DNA of 63,998 nt from a virus. Its lineage: Duplodnaviria; Caudoviricetes. Positions 56,339 to 63,998 of the stretch are shown here, one piece after another. Under the pieces are notes generated by a model. That model made no database searches, had not been told where the DNA came from, and saw only the letters and a list, made by a program, of their open reading frames with translations. How positions within the stretch are numbered: the stretch's first letter is position 1; every line of letters starts with the position of its first letter. The stretch is taken from the IMG/VR virus record IMGVR_UViG_3300033134_000083, positions 1-63,998 of that record, one strand, 5' to 3'. A program made the position numbers and the translations under genes.

Positions 56339-57628
56339 CTATTCCTCCCGCTGACGGCGCAGCCGGGCAGTTAGCTGCTGGATTTCCGTAGCTAGCCTGC
56401 CGTTCTGTTCCCGCAACCGCCGATTCTCGGCCAGGATGCCACTCAGGTAGTCAGCTACCTGGTCGGGTGTAATACGCTCGGCAGCTTCTACAACTTCTAC
56501 GACGGGCGTGGTCGGCGCTGGGACCGGCGTGGGGGCGGGCTTGACCCGTGTTGCATGCTTGGCTGCGGCCTCGGTGTGCAGCGCCTCGGCAGCGCTCAGC
56601 GCTGCTTCGTACGCTTCGGTGCCGAAGGTAAGCGCATGCGACTTAGTCAGGTGCAGCCGCATGGGTTCCGCAGCAGCTTTGTCGCCACTGTAGAGCTTGC
56701 GGGGGCAAAACGGGCACGGCCAGTCCCGGTACGAACTGTACGGGTGCGCCGCGTCTTCGTGGCGTGACCGAAGGTAAAAGTGGCTGAACGGCTTTCCGCA
56801 TTCCGGTTCCCGGCAAGTGCACTCCTCCTCCGCGCTGCTAACCGCGGGCGCTTTTACCTCCGCTGCTGGTGCCGGACCCAAATGGTAAAGCCCACTCCAG
56901 TGGTAAATTAGGTTACCGTCTACCATGTTCTGCAGATAATGCATCGTGTTCTGGTAGCTGGCCGGGTAACTATCAGCAACTATGTAGTCGTGGAGCTGCT
57001 GGCCAGTGGCTGAACCCAGCGCTTCTAGCGCTTTGGTAATCCAGTCTTCGGCGCTGCGGTGCACTAGGAACACATGGCGAGAACGCCACCGGGAGCTTTC
57101 CATCTCCTGACCGCATATGCCACCGTCCACCGGGTAAGTGCATATTAGCTTGTACTGCACTGGTTCCGGAACGCGGTCTTCGCCAGCTTCGGCAGCAGTA
57201 ACCTTAACCGTAGTGGCAGGTGGTTCGGCTGGTTTCAAAGTGGGCTTAACTTCGCTGAACTCGCCTCGCACCCACCACAGCGACGGTACGCTACGGTTGC
57301 CCTGAGTGATGCAAATCAAGTTTCCGCTGGTGCGCAGGTAGCGGTTCAGGTCACGCTTGGCATGCTTGACTGCCTGGTCGTCGTTGTTAGCCATCCACGC
57401 CCAGATGTCTTCGATGATGGGGTTGACCCAGCCACGCCAATGCCAGCCAGGGATGCCGTCATGTTCGGCAGGCTGCGGATTCTTATCTACTGCTGCCCGC
57501 TGTAGCACAGCACGGTGCACAGCGTACGCAGCTAGCGTCATGCTCTCTGGCTTAGACAGGTCCGGTACGTCGTCGCTGGCTATTTCGGTAAGGTCGCGTC
57601 CCCCTACCTTTACTCGCATGTCGGCCAT
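56339..57628 (-). CDS. multi-C2H2 zinc finger / wHTH protein
   Basis: Three CxnC...HxxxxH motifs; C-terminal coiled coil. Confidence 0.65.
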   Translation of the reverse strand: MADMRVKVGGRDLTEIASDDVPDLSKPESMTLAAYAVHRAVLQRAAVDKNPQPAEHDGIPGWHWRGWVNPIIEDIWAWMANNDDQAVKHAKRDLNRYLRTSGNLICITQGNRSVPSLWWVRGEFSEVKPTLKPAEPPATTVKVTAAEAGEDRVPEPVQYKLICTYPVDGGICGQEMESSRWRSRHVFLVHRSAEDWITKALEALGSATGQQLHDYIVADSYPASYQNTMHYLQNMVDGNLIYHWSGLYHLGPAPAAEVKAPAVSSAEEECTCREPECGKPFSHFYLRSRHEDAAHPYSSYRDWPCPFCPRKLYSGDKAAAEPMRLHLTKSHALTFGTEAYEAALSAAEALHTEAAAKHATRVKPAPTPVPAPTTPVVEVVEAAERITPDQVADYLSGILAENRRLREQNGRLATEIQQLTARLRRQREE

Positions 57629-57677
57629 GCTGCCTGCTTTCCCTAGTTCCCGTTACTTGTTTACCCAATATACACGC

Positions 57678-58235
57678 CTAAAGCCACTGAACCGCGTTAA
57701 TCGCCGCAGCGATGGGTTCGTCTTTGGCCGCAGCTAGCTGAAGCAGTGTTTGAGCTGGTGCCGACAGCCCGTCTAGACCGCTGCCCGCTGGCGACTTGGG
57801 GTCGTGCAGCCGTTCCACTAGCTCGTCAGTAGTAGCGCACTGGTGCACCGTGAAACGGTCCTTCTCGGTGTCTACTATTTCCTCCGGCTCCAAGTCGTCC
57901 AAGTCACCCGGTTTACACGCTGCGCACGGTTCCGCATCGTCATCTAGGGTGGCATTATGCACGGGAATCAAGCCGTTGTGGCAGCGACTTTCGTGTTTGT
58001 GATACACCACCGAGCGTCCCACCACTTGCAGTACGTAACCCCGTGGCCCAACCGGCACCAGCGGTGACGTTGCTTCCCCCGCGTCGTCCCGCTTCACTTC
58101 CCAGTCCCGGTAAACAGTCATTTCAATCCACCGGGGCCGGTATGGTGTTTCAGTGCTATGCTCAGCAAGCAAAACACCATAAAAGCCCCGCCGCCCTAGT
58201 GCGCCACGGATGAGGTGTTCACGAACATCATTCAC
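57678..58235 (-). CDS. conserved actinophage hypothetical protein
   Basis: RW.E...Y...GYVL..VGRSVVYH...PC..C.P. Confidence 0.55.
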   Translation of the reverse strand: MNDVREHLIRGALGRRGFYGVLLAEHSTETPYRPRWIEMTVYRDWEVKRDDAGEATSPLVPVGPRGYVLQVVGRSVVYHKHESRCHNGLIPVHNATLDDDAEPCAACKPGDLDDLEPEEIVDTEKDRFTVHQCATTDELVERLHDPKSPAGSGLDGLSAPAQTLLQLAAAKDEPIAAAINAVQWL

Positions 58236-58365
58236 TTCGTCCCCTTCCCAACTGCTCGCTTCCCTGGCGCTACGTTAAGCTTACCCGCTTCTTCGAGTAG
58301 CCCAAGGTGCACGCGATAGCCAGTAATGAGGCGGCTGCCCGGAAAAAGGCGGGTAAACTTAGTAC

Positions 58366-59061
58366 ATGGATAACACGAATGGAAACGCAAAAATTTCCCG
58401 TAGTCACCTTGAGAAAGCGCTATGGGAAATGACTGGCTGGCAGGGCGACCAGGTAGTTATTGACGGTATTCTGCTAATTCACGACGCTATCGTCGCTTCG
58501 GACGCTGAGAGCTTGGCTAAGTCCCCGGAGTCGTTCCGCGAAGGCTACTACCACTCGCTGGTCACCATGGCCGAAGCTGTGCTGGACACGGGTGGACGAA
58601 TGCGGCTGGTGCCACCGGAAGCAGAACCAGTGCTGAGGGCTGGCGACGTGGACGCTTTGGCTGCCGCCATCCTAGCTAAACTTCCGGTAGCGGCCGAGCG
58701 GGCCGACGATGAGCGGTTGCTCGCCAACCCGGACTTGCTGGAAAGCCTGGAGCAGATGCACCAGGCCGACGTGGGACCGGAGGTGATTCCGGCCCGCGAG
58801 GAAGTAGAAGTAGAAGTAGTAGCCCCTCCTGCTGCTGACGCAGTTGTCCCTGGGTTGAGTGAAGCCGAAGTAGCGAAGTTCATGGCTACGCTAACCGAAC
58901 AGGACGAGTTCACCGGCGATATCAAGTGCACTACCTGCAGCGCTCGTGAAGGGCATGATGTATACAAGCCATACACAGACTTCTACCGCGACAGCAAGGG
59001 GGCGCACGGCAGAAAATCGCGCTGCAAGACCTGCGAACAGAAGCGCAAGCGTGGAGAGTAA
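58366..59061 (+). CDS. hypothetical protein with C-terminal zinc finger
   Basis: KCTTC...KPYTDFYRD...SRCKTC; TAAACT 6 nt before ATG. Confidence 0.6.
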   Translation: MDNTNGNAKISRSHLEKALWEMTGWQGDQVVIDGILLIHDAIVASDAESLAKSPESFREGYYHSLVTMAEAVLDTGGRMRLVPPEAEPVLRAGDVDALAAAILAKLPVAAERADDERLLANPDLLESLEQMHQADVGPEVIPAREEVEVEVVAPPAADAVVPGLSEAEVAKFMATLTEQDEFTGDIKCTTCSAREGHDVYKPYTDFYRDSKGAHGRKSRCKTCEQKRKRGE

Positions 59062-59146
59062 TTAAAAAGCTAGCCAGGGGCCCAGAGGGTTAGCGGAAGT
59101 CAATGAACTCGGCGGCCCCTGGCTACACCAAAAAGGGGAAACACAA

Positions 59147-59689
59147 ATGGGAATATCTCAAGCTCAACTCGGCTGGATGGCTGCTGTTCTCGACCTTAAA
59201 GGAATGTGTATAAGAAAGAGAAACAAAACCCGAGCCACTCCGCAACTCGTCCTCGTTGTCGAATCACGCGAGCATGCAGTTATCCGTAAGCTAGCTGAAA
59301 TGACCGGCAGCAATCCGGAAGCTAAACGCCCCGCTGATATAAAGGAATGGATGCGGCGTGGTTGCGTGGAGCACTGCCCGCAACCCCACCAACATGTCCA
59401 CGACGAAAAGTGGAGTATGCCGCTCACGTCCCGGTGGACAGTAACCGGTGTAGTCGCTGGCATTGTGCTTTACAACTTGGCACCATACTTTGTCAGCGAC
59501 AAGCCTTACGCAGCTTTCGCCGAGGAGGCGCTGCGTAACGCGGTGCTGACCGGTCAAGGTTCCGGTGCCAGCAAAGCGGCGATAGCCCGGCTGGTTACAC
59601 TGGGCTGGGATTTGCCGCCGGAGCTAGCCAGCGACTTGCTAGAGCTAGCTGCACTAGCTGCTGGCGTGGAAAAAGCCAAAAGCGCATAA
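59147..59689 (+). CDS. degenerate LAGLIDADG-like protein
   Basis: QLGWMAAVLDLKG followed by beta strands and a RW.V.G motif. Confidence 0.45.
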   Translation: MGISQAQLGWMAAVLDLKGMCIRKRNKTRATPQLVLVVESREHAVIRKLAEMTGSNPEAKRPADIKEWMRRGCVEHCPQPHQHVHDEKWSMPLTSRWTVTGVVAGIVLYNLAPYFVSDKPYAAFAEEALRNAVLTGQGSGASKAAIARLVTLGWDLPPELASDLLELAALAAGVEKAKSA

Positions 59690-59697
59690 GTAGCGGC

Positions 59698-59773
59698 GGG
59701 GTGTTAGCACAATGGTTAATGCAGCGTCCTTTTAAGTCGTGGATTCCGGGTTCGAATCCCGGGCACCCCACCA
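59698..59773 (+). tRNA. tRNA-Lys(TTT)
   Basis: 76 nt with encoded CCA; CT-TTT-AA loop; GGTTCGAATCC. Confidence 0.9.
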
Positions 59774-60320
59774 AAAGGAGTGACCGTGCCTTCCGATGAA
59801 ACTAACGACCGGGGCGAGCTAACGTTCGCGGAGCAAACCCGGTTGCTGAACACACTACCCGGCAGTGAGCACCTAGAACCCGAAGTGCACCAGTACTGCT
59901 CCGAGCATGACCAGCCGCTGGATTGGTGTTTTCACCGGGCCACACCGCACGACGACCCGTGGTATGACGCACCTCCCGGCCCTCCGGTGCTTCCGGAGAT
60001 TATGGCAGCGTGGGCTCAGCGTAAGAAGCGGATGAAGGAGCCTTTGGAATGAAGCCCGAGGACATTCATCCCGAGCTGAAGGAGATTCTGGACCGCCGAG
60101 CCGGAAAGGTGCATTCGTCCACGGGTTCAGTTATGTCAACGTTGGCTGAAATACTTACCCGATACGAAGAGCTGCGGCAAAAGCCGCGCCCACGTCGGTT
60201 CTGCCCTCGCTGCGGAGTCACGCGCGCTATCGGGGACGAGCATGCGTGTAAGCCTGAGGCTGTTGCTTCCTGGCAGCAGCGGCTCGCAGAATGGGCGGAG
60301 CTAGAACGAAGGGAACTGAA

Positions 60321-61076
60321 GTGAACGACGAAGCGGTTCGTAAGCACGTAGCTGCCCAGAACCCTGACGAAAGCCAAAAGCAAAGCGGCAGTAAGCCAAC
60401 CGTGGTCGAAGCTCTGAACAGCGTCAAGAGTGCTATAGGGGCGGTCGGAAAGTCGGAACGTAACGCGCAGCAAGGGTATAACTTCCGTGGTGTGGACGCG
60501 GTGGTGAACGCCGCAGCACCGCTGCTGAACAAGCACGGCATCGTCATCATGCCGATGCTCAAGCAGGTGCACTACGACACGGTAGCGGTGGGCAGGAACC
60601 AGACCCCGATGGCTCATGCCCGAGTGCAGGTGGTGTACCGGTTCTACGGTCCGGGCGGTGACTGGATTGACGCCGAGGTGCCGGGCGAGTCCATGGATAG
60701 CGGCGACAAAGCCACACCCAAAGCTATGAGCGTGGCGTACCGAATAGCACTACTGCAAGCCTTGAACCTACCCACCGATGAACGCGACCCCGACGAGGAC
60801 AGCTATGAACGCTCAGCGGAGCCGGAAGTGGTGCTGGCGTCACGGGAGCAACTCGTGGAGTTGCGTACGCTGCTAACTGGCTTGGGTCACACCGACCGGG
60901 CTGAATGCCTGGACATAGCGGAACAGCTAGTCGGCCACAAGCTGGCTGACAACCCAGGGAACCTTACTGCCGATGAGATAGGCGGCATCAACGCTGCGCT
61001 CAAGCGCCTTAACGGCGAGTCGGAGAAGCTGGATGAACTACTGGGTGTGGAATCTGGCGGCGTCGGTTATGAGTAA
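60321..61076 (+). CDS. ERF family ssDNA-annealing protein
   Basis: VGKSERN.QQGYNFRGVD, GESMDSGDKATPKAMS.AYR, DPD. Confidence 0.85.
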   Translation: MNDEAVRKHVAAQNPDESQKQSGSKPTVVEALNSVKSAIGAVGKSERNAQQGYNFRGVDAVVNAAAPLLNKHGIVIMPMLKQVHYDTVAVGRNQTPMAHARVQVVYRFYGPGGDWIDAEVPGESMDSGDKATPKAMSVAYRIALLQALNLPTDERDPDEDSYERSAEPEVVLASREQLVELRTLLTGLGHTDRAECLDIAEQLVGHKLADNPGNLTADEIGGINAALKRLNGESEKLDELLGVESGGVGYE

Positions 61077-61363
61077 CTTGTATGACCGTGGTTTCCGGCT
61101 CACTATGGTGTGTCTCGTAGCGTATTTCGTATTGGTGGCCAATTTTCTTAGCTCAGAAACTCCATGGGCGCTGCAAGCACTAGTTATGCTCGGCGCGTGC
61201 AACATTTACTGGATGGGTATGCGGATAACCCTGTGCTGGGTGCTGCTTAATGAGCAAAACTGGCCAGCAGCACCAGCTCGGGAACGTATACTATAACTAA
61301 GACGGCCCCAACCCGGAGTCATGGAAACAAAAGAGGAGACATGGCTATTCCGAAAGGAAAGCT

Positions 61364-61789
61364 ATGTCGACTACGAGGTCGCCACGTTCACCCCGTTGGG
61401 ATCTGCTGGGGCACTATCAGGTCCGCATCAACGATGAGCTGTTTATCAACCGCTGGCGCTTTTTGCAGAACCCGCTATTCGCAGTTCTGCTAACGCGCAT
61501 ACACGGAAAGGATACTGAAAGGGACCCTCATAACCATTCCCGGCCGTTCGTTACTATCGCGCTTACGGGCGCTTATGCCGAGCGTGTATGGCCGAACCCA
61601 CGTAACCGGGAACACAGTTACCTGCGGAAGCATTACCGGTTCGTGCCGGTGCTAGTACGCCAGAACGAAGCACACCAGATAGTTCACATCGTGGGCAAGC
61701 TACGTACTTTGGTATTGGCGGGGCGCCACCACGGAACGTTTTACTTCTGGACTTTGCAGGGACCGGTAGACATGAGGGACTACCACTAG
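61364..61789 (+). CDS. cupin-like phage protein
   Basis: D.ERDPHNHS...L.GAY.E...H.I. Confidence 0.6.
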   Translation: MSTTRSPRSPRWDLLGHYQVRINDELFINRWRFLQNPLFAVLLTRIHGKDTERDPHNHSRPFVTIALTGAYAERVWPNPRNREHSYLRKHYRFVPVLVRQNEAHQIVHIVGKLRTLVLAGRHHGTFYFWTLQGPVDMRDYH

Positions 61790-61799
61790 GGAAGCAATT

Positions 61800-61835
61800 A
61801 GCAGGGCCCCGGAACCCAGAGTTCCGGGGCCTGCT
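61800..61835. terminator. hairpin between convergent genes
   Basis: ggccccggaac / gttccggggcc inverted repeat. Confidence 0.7.
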
Positions 61836-61837
61836 GC

Positions 61838-62503
61838 TTACGGGGTGTTTTTCAGCCGGAGACGTTCTCTGGCTACAGCAACAGCAGCAGCTAGTCTCAT
61901 GCTGGCGTCATCCAGCCCAAGCTGGATGCCAATCTGCCGCTGAGTGTAACCTTCCTCCAGCATCTTCATGGTCCTGGTGATGAGGTCTTCCAGCGCGGCG
62001 TCGTTGCTGAACCGCATGTCGTCCCGCCCGGCTACTGTCGTAGCCATCTGAGCGCGATGCTGGTCGTTCTCCAGAATCATCCTTAGCTGCTCACCAACTG
62101 CTATTAGCTGGCCAGCCAGGCTACGTGCTTCTGTTATCCAGGCCCGTGCGTTTGTGTTCCTGGCTTCATCTACCGCATGCGCAAAAGCGTTACGGTAGTT
62201 AACTCCTTTCATTTCCGCCAGGAACGATTTGATACTGCGGGTGACTGTTTCACCTAGGTTTTCCAGTACTGGGTCGGTACGCCAGTCGATGGGTTCGGGC
62301 TCCGGCTTAAGGCTAAGTTTCCCAACCACCCGCTTGGGGCGGTTGGGAAACACCACGTCCAAGTCCTTGCTGACAGTGCCGTTGTCAGTATCCAAAGCCC
62401 TGACAATCTGCATGACGCTGTAGCCGTTTTTGTATAGCTTGAGCGCCGCATCTCTACGCCGGGCTATCTGTTCCGGCGTAGCACGTGGTCGGCGCTGGTT
62501 CAC
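61838..62503 (-). CDS. HTH DNA-binding protein
   Basis: GYSVMQIVRAL...TVSKDL and GYTQRQIGIQLG. Confidence 0.7.
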   Translation of the reverse strand: MNQRRPRATPEQIARRRDAALKLYKNGYSVMQIVRALDTDNGTVSKDLDVVFPNRPKRVVGKLSLKPEPEPIDWRTDPVLENLGETVTRSIKSFLAEMKGVNYRNAFAHAVDEARNTNARAWITEARSLAGQLIAVGEQLRMILENDQHRAQMATTVAGRDDMRFSNDAALEDLITRTMKMLEEGYTQRQIGIQLGLDDASMRLAAAVAVARERLRLKNTP

Positions 62504-63315
62504 TGCAACTTGCCGGACTTCATGGCGCGGTTGTAGTCGTACAGAACCATGTCCCGGATGCCCCGCCACGACGGGCTGGTGGACGCCTTGTACGCCAGCC
62601 ACTGCGCTGCCGTCTTCTGGCTCAGCTTCTCCTTGAGCCGCTGCATGTTCAGCTGCGGATAGGTGGCCACGAGGTCACCGATAGCCCGCAGAATAGCAGC
62701 GTCAAAGCGCCGCCCTGCCATGTTGGACTCCTCCGGGATGGCGTAGGTGATTGAGTCCAGCGTTTTCCGCAGAAGCTCAGCACCAGCCTGCGGGCTAAGC
62801 GGCTTAGCCTGCGTGCCGTGAATGAGCCGCATCACGGTGCCTGCCGCCTTGATACCTCTGGCTGACTGGGCATCGGTGATGATGAGCCCCAGGGACTCGA
62901 TGACTCTCTCGGCTTCGACTTCGTGTGCGTCACCAGCGAGGACCCGCATACGCCATTCCTGCACCCGGTTGTGTGGGCGGCGCCCCTTGGCGATGCCAAG
63001 AGCGACCGCTGCTTCGTCACCCAGACCGTCCACGTCGGGCAGTAGTACTGCCCAGATTTCAGAGTCCGGGTCCCGCTGTTCCAGGCCCAGCTTGCGGTGC
63101 TGGCCTTCGGTAGCGACCAGTTTCCCGTCCGAGCGCTGCACCAGTGTAAGCACTTCGGCCAGCGCCCAATCCCACCGGGTAGCAATCCGGTCGACCTTAC
63201 TGGGGTCGATGGACCGCTGTACCCGCTGGTCCACGACAATGTCGCCGACTCTTACCAGCCCGATTGACCGTGGGTCGCTGGCCCCTCCTGGACCTTTTAT
63301 CCAGTCTGTTGCCAT
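62500..63315 (-). CDS. ParB-like (DUF6551/DGQHR) protein
   Basis: VDQRVQR...EGQHR motif. Confidence 0.7.
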   Translation of the reverse strand: MATDWIKGPGGASDPRSIGLVRVGDIVVDQRVQRSIDPSKVDRIATRWDWALAEVLTLVQRSDGKLVATEGQHRKLGLEQRDPDSEIWAVLLPDVDGLGDEAAVALGIAKGRRPHNRVQEWRMRVLAGDAHEVEAERVIESLGLIITDAQSARGIKAAGTVMRLIHGTQAKPLSPQAGAELLRKTLDSITYAIPEESNMAGRRFDAAILRAIGDLVATYPQLNMQRLKEKLSQKTAAQWLAYKASTSPSWRGIRDMVLYDYNRAMKSGKLQ

Positions 63316-63998
63316 AGCAGTTTGCTTCCCTTCCCTTGGCAGTGAAACTGCTTTTGGATTCATACTATACAACGCGGATGCACCGAAACGCGCTTAGCCG
63401 CCAAAACGCTGAGGCGGACTAGTTCTTCCCTGGTAAACAAGTAAGCTTACTACCATGCTAACCACTATGCTTTGTCACGTTTTGAGCGCAGGTAAGTCAC
63501 ACGACCCTCAGTTGCCCAAGTACCCACGCTGGCTACGGCACCGACTAGCCACCCGTCCCTGGGTACTCAACCGGGTTGAGTACAACGGCGAGTGGGCCAT
63601 CTGGGAGCCCCGCAGGCGGCCCTGAGTTCGCTCCTGAGCCCTCGGCGCTACGTAGCCCGGCTAGCTCCTAGGGCAACACTTCCTGAGCGCTCCTAGCGCT
63701 GCCAGAATCCCTTAGGGGATGCTGGCCAAGACGTGTCCTCCCGGTGGGTCGCAAGTTAAGGTTGGTTCCACACTCGGCGCGGTTCAGCGCCAGCCTTCGC
63801 GTGAGGGAGGTCGATGAGCACTGCCGGTACTCACGCGGTTGGCTACCAGCGGTTATGGGCTGGGCCAGGCTAGACGACGGCTTCTACGACCATCCTAAGG
63901 TCATTAGTCTTGTTCGCTTGGGTAAACTAGGTTGGTCGGCTCTAGGGCTCTGGACAGCTTGCCTCAGCTGGTCGTGCGTTCACCCAAGCCGACCCCTA

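Noticed and set aside
59070-59124. Hairpin upstream of ORF 59147 as a riboswitch
   Set aside because: Only a simple stem (tagccaggggcc/ggcccctggcta) is evident; no recognisable aptamer consensus.
63400-63998. Non-coding end of the window as a genome terminus or origin
   Set aside because: No terminal repeat matching the window start and no clear iterons were seen.

Overview
About 64 kb of a GC-rich (roughly 60%, estimated by eye) tailed dsDNA actinobacteriophage, probably siphovirus-like. 1-6.8 kb is a leftward accessory arm (class II GATase-like, DUF932, C5 DNA methyltransferase, truncated RAMP/Cas7-like gene with a GGC-NN repeat tract). 6.8-47.5 kb is a rightward virion operon: extended portal, MuF polyprotein, prohead protease/scaffold, major capsid, a five-gene glycosylation cassette, adaptor, tail tube, frameshifted chaperone, tape measure, tail proteins and lysis genes. 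47.5-64 kb is an accessory/recombination arm with three tRNAs and a tRNA half. No terminase, polymerase or integrase was recognised, so the genome probably extends beyond the window. Main findings: (1) two related inteins in head genes whose central region has no recognisable sense-strand nuclease; each encodes an HTH + Vsr/DUF559-type endonuclease on the ANTISENSE strand, codon-aligned, starting at the His codon of intein block F; (2) two orphan TIGR-like dual-repeat arrays (CCA-N9-CG); (3) a VIPR-like GGC-NN array next to a RAMP-like gene; (4) a candidate TTA-triggered translational bypass at the start of the tape measure gene; (5) a late operon punctuated by small antisense transcription units; (6) multi-effector head polyproteins with repeated Lys-led linker motifs. 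All family calls come from motif recognition by eye, not database searches.
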